A stretch of DNA of 64,000 nt from Epiperipatus broadwayi. Taxonomy: Eukaryota; Animalia; Onychophora. Shown one piece after another: positions 25,141 to 39,201 of this stretch. Below the pieces are notes generated by a model that ran no database searches, was not told the origin of the DNA, and saw only the letters and a list, made by a program, of their open reading frames with translations. Numbering within the stretch: the first letter of the stretch is position 1; each line of letters starts with the position of its first letter. The stretch spans positions 2,232,001 to 2,296,000 of the forward strand of contig JAQFVV010000006.1 in the NCBI GenBank assembly GCA_028023455.1, in the 5' to 3' direction. Made by a program: the position numbers and the translations under genes.

Positions 25141-27835
25141 AATTTTTTATTTTATTAAAGGCATTTAACAATTAATTTGACATGATGAAACATGTAATTT
25201 TAAGTAAAATACGATCATAAATCGTTATTCCAACATATAATTATAAAGGATATGAAAATTTTGGAAATTAGGGTCTTATTTCTAGACCAGCAAACAAAAT
25301 ATGGACAATTTTTTATCCAACTAAAAGTGAAATAACTTCTCCCTTTTGCCATAATAAACCGAAAGCTTAATTCTACCTGGATAATATTTAGAATTCATCA
25401 GTAATTATAGCTTACATTATTACCATTTATATAAAGTTAGATCTAAAATAATTTACAGAAATGGCATCTTTGAAAAGCTGGATAGCACTAGTGGGATTGA
25501 GATCTAGGCACCTTGCAGATTCCTTGGCAGTAGCTTGCTCAGAGAAAAAAGGTCCACTCTAAATTTCTGTACTTTGCCATTAGAAATATAACTGGTATGC
25601 TCAAGTCTATTCCTTTGCATTGGTCTCGTATTCTGTTACATATTTGTCCATCAGATATAAAAAAAATTATCTCACAGAAAATATATCAAAGGCTGTATGG
25701 TAGATTTAATTGATCATAACCCAAGATATGGGGTTGTCACCAAAGTCTCAATCCAAATTAAGAACTCTTTCTTTATGTTCAATCATGAATCTACAACTAA
25801 AGAATTATGGCATAAAAATGGACTTGAGATTCCAGATAAATTTTTATTTTTTCTCCCCATATCCAACCGTAAAGCTAGCAGAATTTGGCCTTCTTTAGAT
25901 TTTACTGGAGTCATCAATTGATGTAGGATAGTCCTTGACCATTCTGCTCATCTGCTTCATAAACAGAGTATAACATTCACTGACCTATGTGGATAAACAT
26001 AACTCACTTGATTAAAATTACATAATCATCTATGGCTATAGTAATAAAATTGAAGGACTTTATAAATTTATCCTCTGGTTGGAATCTCTATAGGGTTCTT
26101 TATGTTGTTATGTTAATTGTTGAATCATCTAAAAATAAGCGAGAAGAGATCTATAAGCTAAATAAATTATCTACATTTCAACTCTTTTTTATTCATGGGT
26201 TTGATTTTTTTATCTTTTTCTAATAACACTAAAAACATTTATTTAACTACATCATTAAATTGCATTTGTTAAATATTTTGTGTCTGCGTTTTCTGCAGTA
26301 TATTCAAGTATCTATCTATCCATTTTTGTAGCATTGTAGTAATTTTATAAGTTTGACATTCAGTGTTTTAACTACTTTCACATCATAGATGTATTTAAAA
26401 CTACTATTCCAGTACACCCACTTCTAGAAAATGAATAAAAATGTTTGAAAAGGGTAAATGACACTTGGTGCAGGACTTGCTGGATCTGCCCTCTTTATTT
26501 GGCCGATGTATAATCTTTTACATGTCTTCATCTTTTCACATTGTCATTATCAAAGTGCTACACTTCAATCTAGAAGTGCCAATTGTTATTTTATTCTGAT
26601 ACATTTTGGGTCATTTTCCTTTTTCAAGTGTCTGATAATTAATATTGAAGTTTTGGTATATCTAAGATGTCATACTAGGGATAAAAGAGGAGTGGAATAA
26701 TTAATAATATTATGTGCGTTTGTTTAGCAAAAATCACTTATATCATTACAATTGGTTTCTCAAGTATCAAATTTTGAGCATTTGCAACTTTAAAAACAAT
26801 CACGTCCAATATATTTAATGCTTATTATTATATTAGTTTTATTAATTAAGTTTAAAATTTATATCTGGACTAAAAATATTTTCTCTGGTAAACGATTATC
26901 ACCCGTGTATTTGTTTAAAGTGGATCTCAAATGAGGACACTTATTTTAACAGATTTCCTCCTTGTTTGAGCAACTGTATATATATTTCTATTTATTTTCA
27001 ATTTGCTACTTTTATTAATATTCATATTTGTAAGAGTTTTGGTGAATTTTAATTTTTTTTTTCAACCGAAATATACCTCGTATAATGATTTTTTTTTAAA
27101 AAAGATTCCTTTAGCGTTATGAAGTTATTGGAAAATTGGATTTTTTATTATTTTTAATATACACGATTGATTTTTTGTGTGTTATTATAATGTTAAAATT
27201 AATCAAAGATTGTTAAATTGCGAATTATCGTTGTTAGTTTTCATTTATTACAAAACCATTGTATTATTGGGTCAATTTCTCAAGTCACTTAATTCTTGTT
27301 TTAATGCTGAGATTTTTTTTTTTAAATATTTCAAAAATGTATTACTTTATAAAGAGTACTGGCCTCTTTCCTTTCATTCAATCCTTAAATTACGAGTCTT
27401 TTTTTAATATTTTTAAAAATTGGTTGCTTATTTTCTAACATTGTTCGAATTATGCTTTTTTTTTTATGATTATATTATCACAAAGAAAATTAAGGAAAAA
27501 CAGTATACAATTGGAACTATTTTCTGAAATCTGAAAACTTCACCAATGCAAAAAGTCTTCCAGAACAGGGATTTTGGATTAGTGGTTGTTCTACCCATAT
27601 CAAGTAAAAGAAAATTGTTTTTAATTATTCTGTATACAATAAATGGAAATATAGATTGCAAAATCACACTGTGGGTGTGTCTGACTGACGATTTTTGAAC
27701 ATAGGGATGCTGTACATCTATCATTGTTTGCATACTGTATAAGGATTGAGATGACAACTTTTAATAGTATATCCATTCCACTTAATCATTTAGAATTGAA
27801 CAAAGACGTCCAGTTTATTTAAGTTAAAATAGCTT

Positions 27836-27916
27836 TGTAATCTTAAACAGGAAAAGCTTGTAGCTCCTTATGAGATGTAATCTTAAACAGGAAAAGCTTG
27901 TAGCTCCTTATGAGAT
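27836..27916. repeat. Perfect 40-bp tandem duplication
   Basis: tgtaatcttaaacaggaaaagcttgtagctccttatgaga x2. Confidence 0.9.
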
Positions 27917-29129
27917 AAGAAACTTAAATTTGATTATGTGTATTAGAGTATTGGCATTTTTAATAATACCCAAGCTCATGAAGTCATACTAACCAATTTT
28001 TAAGGATATTTCTTTGTTTACAGTGTATAAAAGTAATAGGAATGGAAAAAAGACCAGTAGTTATTGTGGAATATCATAGATTCGAAAGTGTCTTTGAAGA
28101 CTTAATTGAATATAGCGATTCCAGTTTTGGATGAATGGTTACTCAAAGGTTCCATGAAGTTTTAGAGAATTTAGTTTAATATTAATGACTGCCATGAAAA
28201 AAAGTATAGTTCATGCATTTGTTTTTATTGCTTTCACTCATGTACAAGGGCAAGTTTAGGCAATCAACTCACAAAAATACTAAAAGGTGTATTATAAATA
28301 TTATTGATGTTTAGACCCCAGTGCAGTAGTATATTGATGTGCCCAAAGCTAAAGGATACAAAATCATTTCTTAGCCGAGTAATGTAAATATATGTGAAAT
28401 TCAACTTAATCTAATTAAACAGACCTGTTTAATGTGTAATATGGCATTGAAATGGTTTAATAGCACATGACCTGAGCAATTCTTTGTCTGGATTTTAGAC
28501 AATTACAACAGCTTTTTTTTTAAACTCTGAGGTGACTTAAAGAGTAATGATTCATATGGGAGAGTCAAAATCAAAAAGGAAAATAATGGAGTAGTTTGTT
28601 GTTAGGAAGTTTCTAAGAAGGCACCGGAGCTGGGTCATAATTTATGGAACTTGAGCTCTAGGGTCACTACATTAGATTTTGAACACCCGAGTTTGTCATT
28701 TTCTCAATGCACTAAATCATGCAGGGTGAAATAATCTAGTGATTTATTTTTTGCTTTAAAAGCTGTTGGCAAGCTGTTGGCACACTGGAAGAATTAGGTT
28801 ATGATTCATGGATCTTAAGCTCAAAAGTCTGCCCCTTTGCCTCTGCATGCATAGAATGTGTTGATGACATTGACTGATATAGCTTTGTTTAGGGTCATGA
28901 TGGACTTGATAAGTAAAAATTACTGGATTGTAGCTCAATCTATCACTTCCTGCTTCCTTTATTTAATTTGCAGTTAGAAAATTTTATCAGTATTAATTCC
29001 GTACAGTAATTGTGTAATATTCCTGATGTAGAGGAGTGGGAAAGCTCTTTGAGTATTAAAAAATTTAAGTTAGTAAAAAAAATTTATTAAAATTTCCCAC
29101 GAAATATGTTTAATCAATGCTGCTTGCAT

Positions 29130-30624
29130 CTCATTTCCACCACATGCACAACCATATGCCCCAAAGAAACAAACCACATTCACTCACTTTACATGCATTT
29201 TCTGACTAACAAGTGATTTCCACGACATTCACAATCATACATCATCAAAGAAACTCAAACCATGTTCTTGCTATCATGCATTTCATGACTAACCTTCAAT
29301 CATCAAGTGATTTCTACTTCATTCACTACCATACATCACTGAAGAAACTCAAACCATGCTCACTTGCTTAACATGCATTTTCTAACTCACTTTCAATCAA
29401 GTGATTTCCACTACATTTACAACCATACATCACCAAAGGAACTCAAACAATGCTCTTGCTATCATGCATTTCATGACTAACCTCCAATCATCAAGTGATT
29501 ACCATTTCATTCACAATCATGCATCACTGAAGAAACTCAAACCATGCTCTTGCTATCATGCATTTCATGACTAACCTCCAATCATCAAGTGATTACCATT
29601 TCATTCACAATCATGCATCACTGAAGAAACTCAAACCATGCTCTTGCTATCATGCATTTCATGACTAACCTCCAATCATCAAGTGATAACCATTTCATTC
29701 ACAATCATGCATCACTGAAGAAACTCAAACCATGCTCTTGCTATCATGCATTTCATGACTAACTTTCAATAATCAAGTGACTTTCACTGCATTCACAACC
29801 ATACATTGCCGAACAAACTCAGACCATGCTCTTGCTATCATGCATTTCATGATTAACTTTCAATAATCAAGTGACTTCCACTGCATTCACAACCATGCAT
29901 TGCTGAACAAACTCAGACCATGCTCTTGCTATCATGCATTTCATGACTAACCTTCGATCATTAAGTGATTTTCACTACATTCATAACCATACATTACTGA
30001 AGAAACTCAAACCGTGCTCTTGCTGTCATGCATTTCATGACTAATCTTCAATCATCAAGTGATTTCCACTTCGTTCACAACTATACATTGCTGAAGAAAC
30101 TCAAACCATTTTCTTGCTATCGTGCATTTCATGATTAACCTTCGATCATCCAGTGATTTCCACTACATTCACAACCATATATTGCCAAAGAAACTCAAAC
30201 CATGTTCTTGCTACCATGCATTTCATGACTAATCTTCAATCATCAAGTGATTTCCACTGCATTCACAACCATACATCACAAAAAACTCAAATCATACTCT
30301 TGCTGTCATACATTTCATGACTAATCTTCAATCATTAAGTGATTTCCACTTCGTTCACAACTATACATTGCTGAAGAAACTCAAACCATTTTCTTGCTAT
30401 CGTGCATTTCATGATTAACCTTCGATCATCCAGTGATTTCCACTACATTCACAACCATATATTGCCAAAGAAACTCAAACCATGTTCTTGCTACCATGCA
30501 TTTCATGACTAATCTTCAATCATCAAGTGATTTCCACTGCATTCACAACCATATATCGCAAAAAACTCAAACCATGCTCTTGCTGTCATGCATTTCTTGA
30601 CTAATCTTCGATCTTCAAGTGACC
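29130..30624. repeat. 94-bp satellite array, ~16 units, with a duplicated 3-mer (280 bp)
   Basis: actcaaac recurs at 29441 and 29535 (94 bp apart). Diagnostic variants at 30061-30340 are repeated at 30341-30620. Confidence 0.95.
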
Positions 30625-31759
30625 TATAAGCAACAAGCACTTGAATTTCCATGATTGATAGCTCATTACCCCTCCTCCTACTAAATACATATTTTAGTGT
30701 GTCTGTAATTGTTTTACCATTTTGAATATTTTAGTAATGTATATTTACATGTTTGGAATTTCACAGCTTCCCTCTAACGCATCTGAATGGCGAATGTAGG
30801 CTTCAAACAGTAATTAAATTAAAAACTGAAGTCATTTAAAATATTTTAACAGCTATATTCACTTGTACTAACTCTAAATAAAAATAGAAGAAAAAATTAA
30901 ATTTACAAATGCTTTAAGAATTCCAGCTGTAAGAGAGAGAGAGAAAGAAAAAAAAAATCCTCTCAATTTTCAGATCGAACCAAAGCTTTTAAATAATAAT
31001 AGCCGTCTGGCATTGAAATGTGTTTTTGTAAAGCTGTAGAATAACTTTCATTTTTTTAAAAAAATAAAAAACAACAACACAAAATGTTCAAATTGCATTA
31101 TCAAATGTCAGTTCTTATTAGATTTAGCGAGTACGATTGTTACTCAAAATATTTAAGATTGCAAAAACTTCTCTTAATGTTCTAAGGGGCTTCATATTTA
31201 CTTTATAGCTGTAAATATTAGAATTTAGTAATCCTTGTGATGAAGTTCTAAATAATGAACGATTGTTAAGACTTTGACATAAATCACAACCGATGATGAT
31301 CGACTGTTAATCATTGTTATACAGTGCTTTTTTTTTTTACATCAACTATGTTCCATAATGTCATATACTCAATTGAGATATCCAATTTATACGCATCACT
31401 TTATCGAACTCATTAACTGCTACCTTTAAACAACTTATTTAATAGTTACATTTGTAATTTTAGAAATTATTACACTTCTTTAACACAGATATATATATAT
31501 TAATTTTACATTCAAGATTAAATATATTTTAATTTTATTACCACATGGCCACTTACTTCATCCACACTTAAACACTCTTTTTACACTTGTAAATTATCTT
31601 AAACTTTTGTCAAACAACATAAATACTCGTACTACTTTTTTAAATCATATGGTTATAGACACAGGAAAACTATAAATGATTCCCAAATTGCGTTTTGAGA
31701 TGAATACTTTTTTGTTGGTTGTTGCAATTCGTCATATCACATGTCCAATGTTTTTAATC

Positions 31760-32960
31760 CCCATGTAATAATTAATGAATTTTACTACAGCAATGTCAGA
31801 TTGTAATTCTGTTTAAAAGGTAATTAATCTTCCTCACTAGCACCATACATAATATTAAATCAACAATGTTAAATAATGTGAGGATACTCTCATTTTAGCC
31901 ATAAGATAAAAACTTTGAGATAATAAGAATGATCATCTTATTTTCAAACCCAAATACATTTATATAGGCCAATGTTAAATGTCTTGAAACAAGAGTGTGA
32001 GTAGATTAAATCATTCACTTTACATCCATTTCTTTTGATAATCTTACTAACACATATGAAATATTATAATTTACTTCATGTGAATATTAGATGTTAAACT
32101 ATGTAATGAATTTTACTAGTGCAATGTCAGATTGTATAATTCTGTTTAAGAGATAATTAACCTTTTTTCATTATCACTGTACATGATATTAAATCAACGA
32201 TGTTAAATAATATAAGGATACTCTCATTGCAGCTGCAGAGTAAAGACTTTGAGAAAATAAGAATGTCCATCTTGTTTTCAAACTTAAATGCATTTATATA
32301 GGCCAATCTTAAGTGTCTTGAAATGAGAGAGTGAATGTATTAAATCATTTACTTTTACTTTGTGGTAATATTAGAAGATAAATGCAATTTTTATTTTGAA
32401 CACTTTTTAGCAAAACTATTGTACATATATGCATACATAATCTTACATTGCGACTGTCCTGCAGTCTTCTTCAGAGCTATGATATAATGAACAAAATAAA
32501 ATACATAACTATACAAATAATACCATTAAAAATGTGAACAATAAAATTAATAAAGTAATAAAAAAACTAAAAAACAACATAAAATATAATAAAACATAAT
32601 AAAACGGAAATGATGTTTTGTTATATTTTATGTTGTTTTTTAGTTTTTATTATTTTATTAATTACATTTTTATGGTATTATTTATATAGTTATGTATTTT
32701 ATTTTGTTCATTTTATTATAGCTCTGAAAAAGACTGCAGGACAATCAAAACATAAGATTGTGTATGCATATATGTACAATAAAGGGTTTTGCTAAAAAGT
32801 GTTCAAAGGAGAATAGATAAATTGCATTTATATAAGATATAGCATAATAAAGGATGTGGTGAATTTGGTAATATTAGATGTTAATCTAGGCAGCTATTAA
32901 TGAATTTTACTAATGCAGTGTGAGATTGTAATTCTGTTTAGAAGGTAATAAATCTTCATT
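31760..32960. repeat. ~340-bp diverged tandem repeat (2 units plus a partial), interrupted by a fold-back insertion
   Basis: taatgaattttact..gcaatgtcagattgta..ttctgttta recurs at ~31775, ~32105 and ~32900. Confidence 0.8.
32363..32878. mobile_element. Fold-back element (32378-32831) with HHR-like motif in each arm, 34-bp tail and 13-bp TSD
   Basis: TSD tggtaatattaga at 32363-32375 and 32866-32878. The arms give CTGAAGA-A-GACTG-cagga-CAGTC-GCAAT-GTA (-, 32441-32480) and CTGAAAA-A-GACTG-cagga-CAATC-AAAAC-ATA (+, 32718-32760). Confidence 0.75.
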
Positions 32961-34115
32961 ATAGAGAGGAAAGTTTATTACTTTCTTAACAGAATCCCAA
33001 GTAAATAAATAATAAATAGTTACTACTCAGGAAATCAAATGAATTTAAGAACCAAAGTAATAAACTGAGCTTTTTATCAGTAACTCTTTTCTCTTAAGTC
33101 AGATAGTGTATTTATATGTCAGAATGACTTTTGATTATATTTTGGGCGTTTTTTGATGCATATAATTATAAAAATTATAAATAACTTTTAAACTTTTTCA
33201 TAGAAGTTTAAAAGTAATTAAGATGAGGTTTGAAATAATTTATTTTTGATTTTGTATATATCCATCTTTCAGCTATAATTTAAATTATACACAAATTCAA
33301 ATATTTACTATAATAAGTAAAATTTTAAAAATTGGAAAATGTATGTACAAGAATGAAATAGTTTTAAAAATTATTCCATCTCCAATTATATATTGAGAAA
33401 TCATAAAAGAAATTATTTCTCAGTTAACAGTTTGCACTTGCTTAACACATGAGTTGTTTCAATCCTTAAATAAGATAAAAAATATTAGAGATTAGCAAAA
33501 AAAAAATTAATTTATTAATTCACATATGGTCACAATAAAATATTTATTAGTACTTTTATACCATATCAAACTTAAAATTTATGAATTTAAAATTTATCTA
33601 GGATAATGTATCTTTGATAATTCTTCTATTATCAATTTTCATCACAAGAAAAGTTTAAATAAATGTTGATAATCCTTATTTCGTGTTACGTGACTGCCCA
33701 TTTTTAAATATTTCTCCATTAGATTTCATTTCTAGAGGATGCTATAGCAACATTAATCAATACTAACAGATGATTTAGGACAGGCAATCAACCATCCTCC
33801 CATCTACACCATTATTATTCTCATCTTTCTTTTTTAGAATACCCCAAGAGTAGAATGGAAGGACCATAGTTGTCAATTCATGCTGCCTATTTATCATCAT
33901 AGGAAGACGTAAGCTATCTAACCACCAAACCTAATTTATTAAGCACAATAAAATAATAACTATAATAAAGTTCTCTTCTCTCCAAAAAGTCACTCATTAT
34001 ATAAATATAGAATAAAACAATTAGAATATATAATCATAAAATTTTAATAAACTATCACATGATCACCATTTCATATGTTTACACATTCTATTAATAAGAA
34101 ATACTGAATTCTCCA

Positions 34116-34425
34116 TACAGTAGTGCCATCAAGTGCAAGCTTTCATAATAAATGGATGAAAAAAGGTTTATGCATAAAATGCTTATCTAGTGCCTACTCA
34201 TCCAACATCCCCAGACAAGTTTCTAGCTTGTGGCTTTCATCAGTGAGGAGCCTTGGATCCCAAGATCTAGATTCAGTGCTCTCAAATCCATGGCTCACTG
34301 ATAAAAGCTATAACATAGAAACTAGTCTGCAGATATTGGATGAGTACACACTAGATAGGGATTTTATGCACAAATCTTTCTGCATCCATTGATTATGAAA
34401 GCTTGCACTTGGTGGCACTACTGTA
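34116..34425. mobile_element. HHR repeat family 1 (subfamily B): symmetric fold-back with an HHR on both strands
   Basis: tacagtagtgcca.. / ..tggcactactgta. Near-intact HHR at 34208-34249 (-): TCCTCA-CTGATGA-A-AGC-cacaa-GCT-A-GAAAC-TT-GTC-TGGGGA. Decayed HHR at ~34293-34333 (+). Confidence 0.85.
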
Positions 34426-34816
34426 AATAGCTTTTTTAAATGAATTTCAGATAAGCAAACAAAATTTTTTCTTTAAATTTGTTTAGTCTGAGAGCATTAA
34501 TATTTATTAATTATTATTGTGTATGAAAGTGTAAATAGTGGTTAAGAGTATTTGAAAGATTGAAAATTGTGTTTTTTATTTGTTTTAAAGTTTTTTTCAG
34601 TTTGTTATTTCTATATATAGAAATTTTTAAAAAAAGTTATTATTATTTATTTTTTGTTTTGTTTTATTATTTATATATTGTTATTTTATATATAGAATTA
34701 TTATTATTATTTTATTTTTAAAAAAGTTATTTTGTTGATTAGTTTTTTGTAAATTTGTTATTAAAAGATTTACTTTTAAGAAAAATATAACGTTCGAAAA
34801 ACGTAAAATAAAGAAT

Positions 34817-35667
34817 ATGGATTGTATTTGTATTTCAAAATGTTTATATAATCGGAAAAAAGAAATTAAGCGTGCTGTGGTAGAATGTACTATATGTGAT
34901 GAGGTATATCACTTGAAATGGTTAAATAAGACTAGGAAGGATGTAATAGGTTTATGGTTATGCAGTCAGTGTATAAATATGATAAAAGAGGTGAGAAAGT
35001 GTTGTCAAAGTGTAGATAGTCGAAGGATAGTGGGTGGAGAAAGTAATAGTGTAATGGAGATGATTAGTCAAAGAATAAATAAGATAGAGGAAGAACTGAA
35101 GGATGTAGAAGTAAAATTAAAATCATTAAAGATAAAATGTGAGGAGATAAAGGAATTATTGAGTAGGAATGATAAGGAAGAAATAGATAATGAGGACCAG
35201 AAGGTATTAGAAAATGTTATGGATGGAGTGATTATGAAACAGTATTGATAGGAGATTCACTAATTAGAGAATGTGGGGATATAATTGCAAGGGAAAATAG
35301 TAGGTATGTAAGAGTATGTTTGCCTGGAGCTAGAATTAGGGATGTAGCAGATAAAGTTAAAAAGCAAGGTAGTAGAGATGTGTATGTTATGGTGGGGACT
35401 AATAATTTATTAGAATTATCAGAAAGAATAATGGATGAATATGTAGATTTGATTAGGAATTTGATTATGATTAAAGGAAGAGTAGGAATAGTTGGATTAT
35501 TACCAAGGTTTGACAAGAATTATTTGTTAGATATGGCATGTTCTATAAATGAGAGATTGAAAAAATTGTGTAAGAGAAATAATGTTATGTTTGTGGATGT
35601 GTGGGATTGTTTTATTGGAAAGAGAGAGTTATATAGTAAAGATGGATTGCATTTAGGAAAACAATGA
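34817..35667 (+). pseudogene. LINE ORF1: PHD finger, coiled coil and SGNH/GDSL esterase (one frameshift at ~35240)
   Basis: CxC..CxxCxxxxHxxW..WxCxxC; IGDS; VGTNN; DGLHL motifs. Confidence 0.88.
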
Positions 35668-35923
35668 AGTGAAGTTTTAGGGAGTTTGATTTATAAAGAA
35701 TTTTTTTGGGAAACTTATAAAGGGGGGTGGGTTTTTAAATTGTAATATTATTAAAAAGAATGGATGGAATATAAGAAGTAAGCAAAAGGAATTTGATTTT
35801 GATATAAATATAGATATGGAGAAGGAATGGGTTTGTAAAATTAATGGCAAGAAAGTAATTTATAAATGTAATGGAGAAGAAAGAATTAAAAGAATTTATA
35901 AAAGAGTAGTTAGGAAAGAATAA

Positions 35924-38900
35924 ATTGTTAAAATTGGGTTTTTGAATATGCAAGGTGGTAGGAGAACAGAAAAGTGGATGGAATTAAATAAAACAATTGA
36001 AAATGAAGAGCTTGAGTAGTGGAAACACATTTAAAAGAAGAAGAACCTATTTTGGAACAGTTGGTATGGCAGGGTATAAATAGAAAAGAAAAAGAAAAAA
36101 GGGGTGGTGGTATAGGTGTTATATCAAAAAAATATTTAAATATTGTTAAATGTCAAGAACATTTGTGGTTTGAAATAAGGTTGGGTAGAAAAGAATGGAT
36201 GGTGGCTATATTTTATATAGCTACTGGAGATAGTCAAATTATAATGGAGTGGAATAGTAACATATACGAATGTCTAGTTAAGGATATACAAAGTTTTAAA
36301 GAAAAGGGGAAGAGAATAATGGTTATAGGGGATATGAATGGACATATTGAAGAAATTGATGATGTAGATAATAAAAATGGACAGCTTTTGAATAATTTTT
36401 GTCAGAAAATGAATTTGACTATTGGAAATTTATTAAATATTTATGAGGAACAATACACATGGTCCCGAAATAATATATTTCACACAATAGATTATGTATT
36501 GGTAGAGAAAGAGGGAATAAATAAAATACGGAAAATTAAGGTGTTTGATAATGAAGAAAAAGTATGCACTAGTGATCATAATTTCATTGTAATTGAAATG
36601 GTCAGTAATGTGATGGAGAACAGAAATAAAAGTAGAAATAATAGTGAAAGATGTGGATGGAGAGTGAATGATAAGAATAAGTTGGAAGAGTATAAAATAC
36701 AAGTTGAAGAAATAATGGAAGAATGGGTTGGGGGTGAGTATAAGTTCTGGTGTAAAGAAGTAGAAAAAGTGGCAAATAGGGTTTTAGGTGAGAATATTCA
36801 GAAGAATAAAAGTAATAAAAAAATGAGAATTAGTAAAAGTGTAAAAGAAAGGAAAGAAGCATGTAGAGAATATAAGTGTGCTATTAAGAATAAGGAAAAC
36901 GAAAAAGATATTAATGCTAAATGGGAAAAGTATTTAGAAAAGAAGAAGTTGACTAAAATAGATATTTATAGAGAGAGAATGAAATTGAATAGTAAATTGT
37001 TAGAGGATAATAATAAAAGTGGAAGAGATGGAAGTAAAAAATTTTGGAATTATATTAAAAGGAGAAATGTAGGGGAGAGAGAGTTAGTATTACTAGATGA
37101 TGAGGGAACAGAGTGTAGCTCTAGAGAAGATTTAGAGAGAATCTTAAATAGTTATGTAATGAATATAGAAAAGATGTTAGATGTGAATGATAGATTGTTA
37201 GAAAATATGAAAGAATGTAGTAATGGGAATATTAGGTTTTCAGAAAATGAACTAAATGAGGTAGAGAAGAAATTGAAAAGTGGGAAGGCAAGAGGTTTAG
37301 ATGGATGGGCAGCAGAGATGGTAATGAATTTAGGATATAGGGCAAAAGTGAAGTTATTATCCTGTTTTAATAAAATGGCACAGAATAGAGTTTTTCCAAG
37401 TAGTTGGAGTAATACAAGAGTAAGGTTATTATTTAAAGGAAACGGTAAGGATCATAGACAGTTGAATAATTATAGACCGATAGCGTTAACATCAGTTTTA
37501 TATAAAGTTTTCTCGTATATGGTGGCTAGTAAAGTTGTAAAATGGATGGAAGGGAATAATGTAGTGGGAGAAATGCAAGGAGGTTTTAGATTAGATAGGT
37601 GTATAGGAGATAGTTTATTTGTAGTTACACAACTTATGGATATGAGTAGGAATGCAGGTAAACAGTTATATATGAGTTTTATAGATATAGAGAAGGCATA
37701 CGATAGAGTAAATAGAAATAGATTATGGATAAGTTTAGCAAATTTGGGAATGGATGAAGCTTTAATAGATATTATTAAAAATTATATGAAAATAATTATT
37801 ATATATATATATTAAAGTTAAAAATGGTGTGGGACTAAGGCAAGGATGCCCTATGTCACCTATTTTGTTTGTGTTGTATTTGAGTGAAATGGAAAGAGCA
37901 ATAGAAAGATTAGGAAGAGGGATAGAGATACCATTAATACATAGTAAGGGAGTATATATTTTGTCAGGTCTTTTTTTTGTGGTTGATATATTTTTGTGTG
38001 CAGAAAAAAGAGAAGATATGGAAGTTATGTTGAGGACATGTGCAAGGGTGGGTTAAGAGATGGGGATTAAATTTAGTGAAGAAAAATCAAATATAATGAT
38101 GGTTAATACTGGGGAAAGAGAAGATGTAGAATTTTTATTGGGAGATATTAAGTTAAGTGTGGTGAATAGATATAGTTATTTGGGAATTTTTTTAAGTAAT
38201 CAGAAAAATTATTTGGATGAATGGGAGAAAAAATTGATAAATGAAACAAAGAAAAGAAAGGGATTGATAAAGAAATTAACAGTGTTTTCATATAATAAAT
38301 ATGATGTAGCTAGAATTATATGGAAAGGAGTTGCAGTAGCAGGGTTAACATATGGTAATGATCCATTATATGTTAGTAAAAAGATATTAAATTACTTAGA
38401 AAAAGCTCAAAGGGAAGTAGGAAGACATGCATTGGATGCAGAAGTATGGACCGCAAGGGAGGCAATTCAAGGAGAAATGGGATGGTCAAGTTTTCATATG
38501 ATAGATGCAAAAAGTAAATGAAAATGTTTGGTAGATTGCAATTTATGGATAATAAAAGAATAGCTAGAATAGTATTTAATTGGGTTATGAGTAAAGGGCA
38601 GGTAACAAGATGGGTTAGAAAGGTAATGTGCTATGCAAAAGATTTGGATAAAGAATTTATATCAGTATATTTGTACAAAAGATGGGATGATTGTGTTAAG
38701 AGTATTGTTGAATGTTATAGTAGTAAGGAATGGGATAAAAGAATAAATTTATTAATAAAGAATAGGGAATTAGAGAGATGGAGAAATAGTATGGAGAGTA
38801 AAAAGAGTTTAAATATATATAGAAATAAACAGAATATTAGGTGTGAGTTAATATATGATAATAGTAAGGAAAGTAGTTTATTGTTTAAGGCTCAAACAGA

Positions 38901-39201
38901 ATCTTTAGCTACAAAAGAATATACATGTAAATGGAAAAATATGGGTGATTTATTTTGTAAATTATGTAAGGAAGGAATAGAAAATATTAGGCATTTGTTA
39001 ATTGAATGTAAATGTTTGAAAACAGAAAGGGTACATATAATGAAGTTGTGGAAAAATAAATATGAAAAGAGTGATTATATAGAAAGTGAATTATTGATTT
39101 ATATGTTGGGTTTGGGAAAAGATAAGGGGGATTTAGATATAAAGATTATAGAGTTGACAAAGATTATGTTGTGGAAATGGGATAGAGCAGATTACGGATA
39201 A
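35924..39201 (+). pseudogene. LINE ORF2: APE endonuclease, reverse transcriptase and C-terminal CxxC..HxxxxC knuckle, disrupted
   Basis: KIGFLNMQG, ETHL, GDMNGH, IDYVLV, SDH; NYRPIAL, QGGFR, FIDIEKAYDRV, GLRQGCPMSPILF, FFVVDI (decayed YADD), YSYLG; CKLCKEGIENIRHLLIEC. Breaks at ~36015, ~37800 ((AT)n), ~38055 and ~38520. Confidence 0.93.

Noticed and set aside
27500-27760. Tc1/mariner transposase relic (CHLNPY..)
   Set aside because: A single short motif with no TIRs or DDE residues recognisable.
29130-30624. CRISPR-like array or coding repeat (also considered for 17480-17720)
   Set aside because: There are no unique spacers, the whole unit is repeated, the periods are not multiples of 3, and the context is eukaryotic.
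34116-34425. Tc1/mariner or Kolobok MITE interpretation (TA or TTAA at the ends)
   Set aside because: Sister copies extend beyond the TA, carry a one-sided tail and have 10-14 bp TSDs. It is not fully excluded for the symmetric 34-kb and 47-kb copies, where I found no TSD.
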